A stretch of DNA of 63,569 nucleotides, counting the filler, from Reticulomyxa filosa (lineage: Eukaryota; Protista; Foraminifera): assembly GCA_000512085.1 (NCBI GenBank). It is 20 parts of 20 records of this genome, joined end to end, with 100 filler letters (N's around TTAATTAATTAA, not from the genome) between each part and the next. Parts side by side here need not be neighbours in the genome. Positions count along the whole stretch, not along the records: positions 24,450 to 28,979 come from ASPP01028441.1; positions 29,080 to 31,584 come from ASPP01044184.1; positions 31,685 to 34,397 come from ASPP01009915.1; positions 34,498 to 36,176 come from ASPP01050653.1; positions 36,277 to 40,804 come from ASPP01025341.1; 15 more parts are not named here. One strand, 5' to 3'. Positions within the stretch are counted from its first letter, which is position 1. Each line of letters begins with the position of its first letter. The translations under genes and the position numbers were made by a program. A model generated the notes under the pieces. It was not told the origin of the DNA, did not search any database, and worked only from the letters and a program-made list of their open reading frames with translations. This document shows, piece by piece, positions 26,619 through 37,489 of this stretch.

Positions 26619-27842
26619 TGTGACAGTGAATTGAATGATTTAATTCGTCAATTTCGCAATGACTTGCAATTGTTGATGAACGAGCAAAGTTATGAAGAAG
26701 GAATAGAATATTGGAGAAGTTTGTTTAGTAATGATTCGATCATTGAAATGAACGATCGAATATTTGTTGGCAAGCAAGAAGTCAACTTTTGGGTTGATAG
26801 TCATTTGTATAATTTTCGTCGAATTCAAATGGACACATTTTCATCAGATGTCACAATAACTCGAGTGGGTGGTGAAATTTCAATTAATTTGGGAGAAGAC
26901 AAATCTATCGATCAATGGAGAGAAGTGAATTATCGAGGCAAAATTTCTCCAGCAGCAGTCAATGAATATAAAGTATTGAGCACCACTTTGTATGCAACAT
27001 ATGTACCGAGAGATCCATTAGGATGTGTCTCTGTTATGAAATGGCTTAGTCTCATTTGGTATGGAGATTTTGACCAAAGTGGTATGTATTTTTGAAAGTC
27101 TTTTGTTGTTTAAAATATATCAACAAAGATTAAATGTATTTGCAAGTATATTATAAAAACATGCTTCAAATGTGAATAGAAAAATATGGACAGATGTACA
27201 AAATTCATAAATGGCTGATGATTTCTGACAAATCTTTAATTGAGTGGGAAGAAGAGCTTACTTGCAATTGGGTTGCTGAGCCTGTTCTATTGAAATCTTC
27301 TTTGAAGAGATTGCTGGATGGAATGTACAAAGACGCTGATATTAGTACAATGGTTAACACGTCTCCTTACATAAAATACGCGAAAGAGGCTTTTTTTATT
27401 CATCTACCATTTACTCCTTTTTTTTGGCAATATCCACAAATCGTTTTTTCTAAAAAAAAAGGTTAGACAATATTATGACACAAAAGCGGAGATGCATATC
27501 GAAAGAGAAGAATTGCGAGGTCATGATGGTATCGTTGAGTGGTATCAAAGATGGCAAAAGTTTGGGGTTACTACGATGTACAATAACATTGACGAAATAA
27601 ATACAATTGGAAATACCATTGTTGTCAAAGTTCTTACCATCATTGTTGATAGCACTGGGCTGTGTTCCAACAGCTATTTATGGTATGGCTTATATCGATT
27701 CAATGGGCATGGACTTATTGTTAGTGAACAAAGATTTTATGCTACCAATACTGTTAAAGAAGCTATTCAAATTATTTCCAACTGTGGAGACATGTCACCA
27801 CAAAAAACACATTCCACTACCCAAAAGAAAAAAGATCTTTAA
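26619..27842 (+). CDS. Hypothetical, probably secreted, protein with two SnoaL/NTF2-like segments
   Basis: WRSLFSNDSIIEMNDRIFVGKQEV and LRGHDGIVEWY...GNTIVVK...YRFNGHGLIVSEQRFY patterns; three co-oriented exons and a hydrophobic upstream exon. Confidence 0.5.
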
Positions 27843-28485
27843 AGTATATCTATTGCTCACTTAAATTGAAAATATTTTTAAAAAATTTAACAACTGGCTT
27901 TGAGAACATTTCTTCCAACGTGAAATCATTGTCACAAATTCAAAAGGTATATTTTATCATTTTTAAAGAGTGACACAATAATTAAATATTTCTGCTTCAA
28001 AAATTTTATTATATAAAAAAAGAATAAAATGATTCAAATTTTAACTTTGGATCAAAATGATATTTTTGAAGAGGAAAAGGTTTTATTTTGAGATTTGAAA
28101 TTTTTCTTGAGTAAAATTGCAAAGTTTATAAGTTTATTTTATGGTTTAAAAGAAATTAGTTTTGTTTATAAGTATTAATTTTGAAACAACAAAAATAAAA
28201 TCATAATTTTTGATTTCCTAGTCAAATCATAACTTTTTTTTACTTTTAAAAAGGACGACTTTTTTCATATACTTCATCATTTAAAAAAAATCTAAACTAC
28301 TTCATAGTTCTTCAATATTAACAACATGAGAGTATAAATCTTTGAAACAGATCCAATCTCACAATGTTAAATGTTCTTGATATGTGTCTTTTAAAGATTT
28401 AATGATTTCTACTAGAAGAAACATTGGTTGAAATTTAATTTTATTAATTGAACACAGAATAATAAAAATGTTAATCTAAGCTTTT

Positions 28486-28979
28486 ATTGGGTGTTCAGGT
28501 TCATCTGAGACGAATACAGATAGTGCAGTGAGTAAATCTATACAAAAGCAATACCAAGCGCAAGCGAGAAGCATAAAAGATGAAAAGAAGTTTACTACTC
28601 GGGACAGGTAGAGAGGAGGGGGAATATTGTATGAAGTTGTCTGAACCTATTTGAAATGTGTAATCTCCCAATCAACAACAACAACAAAAAGCAACATAAA
28701 GAATGAATGGAAAGGGAAGGGATATGGAATAAAAAACACAGGCGCGAGTGGAAAATCAACAATTTTCAAAAATTTGCGAAAATGGAACGGAGATACAATA
28801 TGTGACCCAAAGTCAGTGATGGAAACAGCAGAATCAATTCGAAGCAACATTGTGCAATATATGGCAAAAATGTTGCTGAAATCACAAGAAATATATGAAA
28901 GAGACACGGAAGCAAATAAAGACTGTCAACTTCCGGACGACAGTAAGGTCATTGAACACGCTCGTGTGGTGCTGAGTTA
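28486..28979 (+). CDS. Heterotrimeric G-protein alpha subunit, N-terminal part (damaged start and frameshift: error or pseudogene)
   Basis: (M)GCSGS...SKSI...DEKK, then LLGT|GASGKSTIFKNLR across a GT-AG intron, then IRSNIVQYM..L. Confidence 0.85.
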
Positions 28980-29079
28980 NNNNNNNNNNNNNNNNNNNNN
29001 NNNNNNNNNNNNNNNNNNNNNNNTTAATTAATTAANNNNNNNNNNNNNNNNNNNNNNNNNNNNNNNNNNNNNNNNNNNN

Positions 29080-29720
29080 CTTCTTCTTCTTCTTCTTCTT
29101 TTTCTTCGGCTTCATCCTCCGTCCCTTCTTCGGTGGTCGTCGTCAAAACCAGTGGCAACGACGTGACGGACTTTTCCATGCATATGCCAGCAGTCCATGA
29201 CGCCAAGCTAGGCACGACAAACACATACTTTGGCGTGGTATCGACCGAAGCAGCTCCGAAGCCGTCGCGTCCGCATGTAAAAATGCACGAGAACAACAAG
29301 CTGTCCGACCGCTTCTTTGGTTCCAACGGCTTCTCGTCTTTGGTGGACGACCGAACCATGGCCGCGCCCTTCTGTGTCGGCCAGTTCCTCCCTGGAACAA
29401 CTCCGCACGGGAAAAACGCTTGCTCAGCAAAATACAGCCCATTCCGGAGACATACATCATCATCATCATCGCCAATTGCCACACAGTTTTGCAATTTTTT
29501 TTTGAATTGGTTGCTAATTGAAATCAATCGATTCATTTGAAATATATTCATTACGACAGTCCACCATTCCCACCACCATCAAAGCGGTGCGCTTCCATCA
29601 ACAGAGATTACAACGACGACAATGATGACCACTGCATACAGCAGTGGACATGTGAAGCTGGGCCATATCACTTTATCGGGTACTGGAATTAATAGTCTTC
29701 CCAAAACAAGCTTTCCTACT
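29080..29720 (+). CDS. Low-complexity Ser/Thr/His-rich protein, 3' fragment
   Basis: GC-elevated open frames SSSSSF...VVVKTSGNDV... and TTVHHSHHHQSGALPSTEITTTTMMTT; the strand is uncertain because the antisense frame is also open. Confidence 0.4.
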
Positions 29721-30178
29721 TTTTTTTTTCAATTGCGAACTTTCCCTTTGTTGTAAAGTCAATGATCTGCCGCAATTTGGTCTTGGTACTGCAAAATAGG
29801 GGTCCAACAGAGATATATAAAAATTCATTGATATCCATTTCTACGTTTATCTTGAGATGTTCAAAGTAATAATAAGTCAAGTGATAGTCAAAAAACAAAT
29901 GAAATCAATAAATTTCAAATCAGTATTTGACAGTACCGTAAGCATGTATTTCACTGTTACACACAGCACACCTTTTCAACTTCTGAACACAACTAAAACA
30001 AAATGCGAAATGGCCACAAGGTATTAAAATATGATTGGATTGTGCATCGCATATTCAACAAGTTTAGTTAGTATTTTGTTTTTCTTTTTCATCGAAAATT
30101 TTTCTGATGACTTGATTAATCCCATTTTCTTTGTTTTCTGCAATCGCTTCATTAGCACTTAATTTTTCAATAACATAA

Positions 30179-31584
30179 GCTCACAAGTGCGATTTCGCGT
30201 AGTAGGGATAACTCTACACGCGATCTACACTCAGAAAAACCTCTGCTTCACCTAGTGAGAAGAGGTCATAGAGACAAACCCCCTATGGTAACCGGGTATG
30301 ATTTTTCTTCATACCAAGTTTTCCTTTTGGATTACTTAATAGAAAGAGGATGCCATCTAAATCAGTCACTAGGGCCTTTCATTCTGTTAGGCGCTTCAGG
30401 TCTGAAGCAAACCTAGGGTTGTGCCTTCATAATTATAATCCCTTGCATTTAAAAAAGGGAAACTTACATCGCTCCAAACTTGTAACCTTTATCTATAGAG
30501 AGGGGGGGCCGCAGAAAGTGCGCATAAGAGTTATGCGTAAAAGGACCTACTCCTATAATAAGGTTGTGGAGAAAGGGAGGTTACGGTCTGCTCTTTTGTT
30601 AGGGGACGAGTTTACTCAGCGACAGGAGACCGATTATGAAGCTGGTGCGCGTTCCTAATTGCAAACGTCACACACAGTCCATAAGTACTAGTAGGCGACG
30701 TCCTATGGACCTCCGTCCAAGTCACTACATCTGGTCCTGTGAAACACAGGATAATATATCTAATTGTAGTTTAAAAGGTCTTGGTCCGAGGGGTTGGGCC
30801 ATATGATGTTGGGACCAAAGACCTACAGCACTGGGAACCTAGCCTTAGGGTGATCTTAAGGATAGTCAAATGACCTCGGAGAAGGCCCAGCAGCGTGCTT
30901 ATGGGGGGTGATAACATTTGTCCGGAGACGGCTTTGTTGTGACGTAGTGTAATCGTAGAGCCACTCGACTCCCATAATCGGATAGAATATCTCCTCCGTC
31001 CTATGACAACACAAGACAGCAGGATACCCAAAGGTTGCTATGCACGCCAGTGTATGTTGTGTTCGATAGCAATACACACAGGCTGCCAACAACCGGGAAC
31101 CAGGACCTGAACCGAATGCCTTATAGCAGCGCGGGATATAGAGGGAGACCCACATGAGACGTGGAAATATACTCTCTTGCCAAGCCATGCCCTAAAGTAA
31201 ATGGTCCTGCAAACGAGGACTATGGTAGGTAGTGGTGGTATCGTGTATACTTGTGAGCAGGAGCCACATATTACAGCTAGCAACACTATGTCGAAGGAGG
31301 AGGTTTAGTACGAGGTACCGTGCGGCTTCCTTGGCCTTCCCTATAGTGCCTAGTAAGTGTTGGCGTGTGGAACAACTCCTACGGCCTGAGAGCACTGATG
31401 AGCCCAATGGCAGGGCAAAACCGTGTATAGCCTTCTAGGCCCAGTTGGTCCGAAACCTACCTATGTTGCACCCTTTGGGGAAGCCAATAGGATATGAGGA
31501 TGCGAGCAACCTAGAAACTAATATATATACACCCTTACAAGGTAGTAATGGCCAACATAAAAGGATCGATCGGCTCCCAACACC
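30179..31584 (+). ncRNA. Large, highly structured non-coding element (candidate structured RNA or retroelement leader), 3'-truncated
   Basis: Abrupt GC rise, no credible ORF, and near-continuous nested helices with many G-U pairs on the + strand (details under findings). Confidence 0.65.
31383..31441 (+). ncRNA. Hammerhead ribozyme-like motif (type I topology, G12A variant)
   Basis: CUGAUGA-GCCC(AAUGGCA)GGGC-AAAA-C(CGU)G-UA, enclosed by GGCCUGAGAGCA / UAGCCUUCUAGGCC. Confidence 0.5.
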
Positions 31585-31989
31585 NNNNNNNNNNNNNNNN
31601 NNNNNNNNNNNNNNNNNNNNNNNNNNNNTTAATTAATTAANNNNNNNNNNNNNNNNNNNNNNNNNNNNNNNNNNNNNNNNNNNNATTTTTTTCTATCCCC
31701 TTCACTCTTGTCCCCTTATTCTGCTTTCCACCCTCTCTGCTTTGTCTCTCCCTCCCCCTCCCCTCCCCTCCCCTCCCCCCTCTGAACTTCCTTCTCTTAT
31801 TCACTGTGTGTCTTATGTTTAATCAGTATAAGTTCAACATTTCCGAATTGTTTATTTGTTTATTTGTTGTTGAGAGTCACATTTTTTGGATGTCAACTTA
31901 ACAGGCAAGATTCCATTTTCCACTTTCTGTCATTTTGTTTTTTGTTTGTTTTTTGTTGATATTGATAGATAGATATTTGCTTGCGATTA

Positions 31990-33740
31990 TCACATATCGC
32001 TGTGTTTTTCCATTGGTGTGAACTCAAACCTGTGTGGGGTCATGTGTCGGAGAGCATTGGTATTTTGGCTGAACCCTTGTATAAACCATTTGTTGGACCT
32101 CTTTCGGATATGATACGCAAGTTGTATTGGCTGAACGAAGTTCTTTCAATAAAGATTTTGGAAATGTTTGCATTGCCAACCAAAAGATTACGAATAAATT
32201 TTTTGAAATTTTTTTTAGAAACGTCCCCATCCCCCCTTTCCCTCCCTCTTCGTACCTTGAAACACATTCCTTGTTGTGTGTTCAAACGTAAGATCTTTTA
32301 ACAAAAGGAAAGAGCAAAAAGTAGAGCCCACCAAAAAAATCATAATAATAGATCTGTGAGATTTAAAAAAATTAAAAATAGCAATTATTGAGCAGTGATA
32401 TAATGATTGGTAAAAAAGCACTGACTTCAACAAATCCAAAGACACAGAAAGAAAAGAGAGAGGGAGGAGCTGGCCATTTGGTTTGATGATTTATTTGCTT
32501 TAAATAAAACTCTGTCGAGATAAACCCCCTCTTTTTTTTTTTTCTTCACGAACAATATAAGACTCAATTTGAGTCGCAAGAGTAAATATTGTGAAAAGAA
32601 GTTATTTTCTTTTTGGATTGACTTGTCTATGTTTTTGTTCTTTTTCAACCTGTATCTGTTGTGATTGATCCAGTCGGTGTTGAAACGCCCTGGCAATCGC
32701 CCATACACTATCACGTGGATTAGTATAACTGTTCCCCCCCCCCGGCATCAACACAGCATAAAAAAACAAATAAACAACAATAATAAACAATTGTTATAAA
32801 GATTCAATTTTTGAAATCATCAAAAGAAGACAAAAAGCGTAATGTTTTTTTCGTTGACAATTGGATAATATGAGTGTGATTGTGCAAAACTCTTCTGGTT
32901 TGTAAATGCGTGGTATCAATCCGGATGTTTGTTGTTGACGAAAATCCAATTCGAACTCCTTGGTTTTGTGATGTCCTTCTCCAGAAGACCTGCTGCTATT
33001 AGAGTGCGCAGAAAAAATGTCCAATTTGCGGCAACTATTGTACATATACAATTCATTCTTCAGCAAAACATTCTCTTCGACATGTTCATTCCAATAGTTG
33101 CCTTTTTTTCGCATCTTCAGTTGTTGGCAGCGCGACTGAAAAATTTTTTTTTTTTTTTAATTTTAAAAACAAAAAAAAAAAAATTTTTATAAAAAAAAAA
33201 AAAAAAAAAATTGGGTGATGAGGTCGTTTTTTTAATTGGTTTGAAAAACTTGAATTTGTGGATGTGGTGGTGTTTGAGGTGATGATGGGATGGTGACTGG
33301 CTTCAGCGGTACAATTGTTCCTGGTCCTGATTCCGGCTTTGCTGTGAACAATATTTCGCTTCTGCTCGATGTAATTGACAAAGTTGCGTGCAGTGCTTCA
33401 ATATTTGGGGTTATTGGAGGTGACAATGAACACGACTGTCCTACTGACGCTGCACTTCCCACTGATGCTGTTGCCAATCAATCACAGTACAAAAACACTG
33501 GTCTTTTTTAATTGTCTTGTCCTCCTCTTATCCCTTTGTCTATTGTCACGTCAAAATTGCAAAAGTGTCAAATTGTTTTTCTTGTCCCTATTGTCTTTCC
33601 CCTTTTTGGCAGTAACCAAAAAAAAAAAAGACATCACTTCTTTGTGTGTTTTTTTGTTGTTGCCACACTTGTTCGACGCGAAGAACGAGAACTCGATTCG
33701 TTTTCGCTGTCAGTATCATACATTTGCTTTATTAGATCCA
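31990..33740 (-). CDS. Multi-exon hypothetical protein or pseudogene (Ser/Pro/Thr-rich)
   Basis: Series of co-oriented minus-strand ORFs (33477, 33114, 32790, 32285) separated by poly-A/T tracts; no family recognised. Confidence 0.35.
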
Positions 33741-33898
33741 TCACTTCTTCCTTCCCTTTTTTTTAGTTAAATATGAAATGCAAATTTTACAAGTTCAGGC
33801 AGTTTTTCTTGTTTTGAAATTTATCCTCGGCAGCAAACACCAATTTTTGCAATGTAACAAGTTTATCACAATGTTTTTTTAACAATTCTAAATCCAAT

Positions 33899-34354
33899 AA
33901 AACTCTGTGTATCAGAAGAAAAACAGTATTTTACTTCATATCATGATACTTATTCACTTGTCTTCAAATTAATCCAAATTGTTTTGTAAATGATTTTGGT
34001 CCAAAGTAACTCAAAATCAAATTCATTTTTATAACATCCAATTGGGCTCCAAATTTTAAAAAATTATATTAAAAAAAAATAATTTTCAGAAAGTAATTTG
34101 AAACATTGACTTTTATTTTATTTGTTTAATTTTTTAAAAAAAATCCATGTTTCAAATTACTTTCTGAAAATTATTTTTTTTTAATATAATTTTTTAAAAT
34201 TTGGAGCCCAATTGGATGTTATAAAAATGAATTTGATTTTGAGTTACTTTGGACCAAAATCATTTACAAAACAATTTGGATTAATTTGAAGACAAGTGAA
34301 TAAGTATCATGATATGAAGTAAAATACTGTTTTTCTTCTGATACACAGAGTTTT
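33899..34354. repeat. Long inverted repeat with 208-bp arms and a 40-bp spacer
   Basis: 33899-34106 is the reverse complement of 34147-34354, with no mismatch seen by eye. Confidence 0.93.
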
Positions 34355-35664
34355 GTGAATTAAACTTAATTCCATTTTCAATTAGAAACAACATGAANNN
34401 NNNNNNNNNNNNNNNNNNNNNNNNNNNNNNNNNNNNNNNNNTTAATTAATTAANNNNNNNNNNNNNNNNNNNNNNNNNNNNNNNNNNNNNNNNNNNNTAG
34501 AGACTGGCATGCATAATTCGGTTTGAATTATTTCGATATGAAATTTTGGAGGCAACGTTCAATTCGATGTTGACATTATTGATTGCGTCGTGTCAATTAA
34601 ATCCATTGATTATTCAGTTCTTACTAACATCCACTTCACTAGCTTCGCCGCATCAAACCGTAAATAAAAGATAAGCACCACAATCTATTATTTCAATTTT
34701 GGATTCGAGTTTTTCTTCATGTTGGCGAATTGAGCAATCTGCAATTACTAATAGTAATAAAATTTTTGTTTTTTGATTTGTTCATGAATTCTTCGACACA
34801 CGAACGAATTGCAACTTTGGACTACATATGATTCAACACACTATATTCACTTTGCTTTTGGTGTCCATGTACTGTGTCGTTTTGTTTCCATATCAGCAAT
34901 TACATAATTAAGTGACGACACTGCAACTTTTTTTTCTCATCGTGCGTTATGCGTATGATACGCGGCTTCGCCTATACGTATGTTTTCACAGTTATTTTTT
35001 TTAAACAAACACACAAAGAAAAAAAAATGAACTTAACTAATGTTGTTATCCCACGCGGGATCTCATCAATTTTCAAATAAAAAAAATTAAAATTTCAAAC
35101 AATTTTTTTCCTTTCTTATTCTTTTCTTTTTTTTTCTTTCATTTATTTTTTCCTTATAATAATGTTCTTTTTTTTTCTTTTTTTTTACATACTTTTTTGT
35201 CATTCTTTTTTTTTTCTTATTTATTATTCCATCTTTTTTTTATTTATCCTTTTTTTTTCCTTATACCCTTTTTTTTAATTGTTTCATTTTTTTTTTCTCT
35301 TTCCCCCCCTTAGCACTATTATTTCCCACTTTCTCCAAATCCTTGAAAAGATACTTACACTCTGCCGTCTTTTGCTGCGCTGGACATCTATATACACAAG
35401 CAAAGTTATATTTTATAATTTTTTACGACAAAAAAAAATATAATTATAACTTTGATAAATTGATCATAACGTTCATTTCCATTCTTTGTTTTCTGTTTGA
35501 GCACTTCACAAATTTTTTTGTAGGTATGTGGAGACAAATAAAAAAAATAAACATATACAGTTTTTTTCTTTGAAGGGGGAATTCCTATTGTTTCACAAAC
35601 ACAACCACATTATATAATAAAAGAATATATATATTTAAATATAAACATACACAAACCTTTATTA

Positions 35665-35873
35665 CTCCTTTCGGAGACGGGGTGGATTTCAACCCCGATT
35701 TTTCTTTTTCATTTTTTTTTTTTGTGTGGATGATGGGAACTGTACTGGAACAATCTTTGCGAAGCGGGGGAACCTATAGTACAAAACATATAACAGTTAA
35801 ATATATTCAAAAAAAAGAAGATAATAAGACAAACCTGTTGTCCTCCTTTCGGAGACGGGGTGGTTTCTACCCC
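35665..35873. repeat. Two copies of a GC-rich double-hairpin motif
   Basis: CTCCTTTCGGAGACGGGGTGG is identical at 35665 and 35843, each followed by ...ACCCC. Confidence 0.85.
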
Positions 35874-36483
35874 ATATTCTTTTTTTTTCTAATCACACTG
35901 TGGTGTTCTATTTAAATACATACACACAATATATAGCTTAAGTTAGACATAAAATAAAAAAGATTTACCTTCTATGGCGTCCAATTTTGCAATGTAAAGC
36001 CCACATCGAATGTCACTTATTCTCTGAGGCCACTCCAACTCAACAATAATTGAGCACATTGTTATTATACGTATTCCTATATACAAGCCAAAAAAAAAAT
36101 GGATATTATTATGACAACAATAAAAAAAACAAAATTAACTTTGCATTGCTACAAGATATCACAGACGTTAGAACATNNNNNNNNNNNNNNNNNNNNNNNN
36201 NNNNNNNNNNNNNNNNNNNNTTAATTAATTAANNNNNNNNNNNNNNNNNNNNNNNNNNNNNNNNNNNNNNNNNNNNAAAAAAAAAAAAGTGGTATCCATG
36301 ATACAGCAAAAAAAAAAAAATTTTTTAGTGTGCATGCACATCGTTATATCATAAAAACTCAACATTTTTTTTTGTATATATCACAACTTGAAATACAATA
36401 TTATACGTATGTGTACATATACACATACATATATATAATAGTCCATATGTACACATAAAAAAAAAACATACATGTAAACATAG

Positions 36484-37038
36484 TCAATTCACCCGAAGAA
36501 CGATTGTTGCATTTGCGCAATGATCATTTGCCGGAAAAGGTGAAGATATCGAATTTTACTACAGATTTTCAAAGCGGCCTGACTCTAGTTTACCTGCTGA
36601 ATGCGCGTTGCGAGAGGAGGATAGACTGTCGCAGGACGACATTGAGGATATTGAACCGGACGATTTGTTGAAGCAAGTGTTGGTCTACGCGGATGAGCGA
36701 CTGAAATCCTGCAGCTGTTAGACGTGTTGCACATATTGGAGAATCCGGACAAGCAGTCGATGATGACGTGTGTGTCGTTGGTTCGAACGGCCTTGGACAA
36801 CTGCGATCAGGAGCGGTCGAAGCTGAACCAATATATGGTGAAAATGAAAGATTTGTTTCAACCGCTAGAAGACAAGCTGAAAAATCAAATCTCTTTTTTG
36901 GAAAAGGAGTTAAACGCCACCAAGTTGGAGATTGAAATGGAGAAAGGCAACGCCCAAACCGAAAATGAAAACTATAAACAATATAGAAATAACTGGATCA
37001 AAGAAAAGGATGATCTTCGAATGAAATTGCGTCATTGA
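36484..37038 (+). pseudogene. Calponin-homology domain plus coiled-coil protein, frameshifted
   Basis: VKISNFTTDFQSGLTLVYLL, then in another frame LLDVLHILENPDKQSMMTCVS (CH2-type motifs). Confidence 0.7.
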
Positions 37039-37489
37039 AACAACAACTTCATGACACTAATCATGAACACGAAATGGTTCTTTTTTTAAAAAAATTTATT
37101 TGTTTGGTTGTAGTGTTTTTATATTTGACATAGTTAGTTAATTTCTCTTATTTGTACGTATTTCAATGTCATTTCTATACACACGCACATACTTCAATAT
37201 CATTGACAATAACAACAAAAAGGTCATTTCAACCAAAGAATAAGCTAAGTTTGTTGTTAGTCAATACAATACGCAAATTAGAAGCGACGATTTAAGAATT
37301 TAAAAAGCATTGAACATTCACTTTTTTTTTTTGATTTGCTTGCTTGTAAGGCTTCAATGTGTTGACTTGTGTATGTGTGTAGAACAAAATAAATGAAAAG
37401 TGACAAAGAAAAGACCGTGCATGCACAGTTTCCAAAGACAAACAGTCTGTCGAAGATATGCAGCTACAACTCAAGACGCTTGAAGATAG

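Noticed and set aside
30350-30658. 102-aa ORF and other short ORFs inside the structured element
   Set aside because: No recognisable motifs. Short ORFs on both strands are expected from the higher GC, and the sequence is better explained by base pairing.
30179-31584. rRNA, telomerase RNA, RNase P/MRP, SRP or group I intron identity for the structured element
   Set aside because: No universally conserved cores were found by eye on either strand, and the lone CCCTAAA near 31190 is too short for a telomerase template. Not formally excluded without a covariance-model search.
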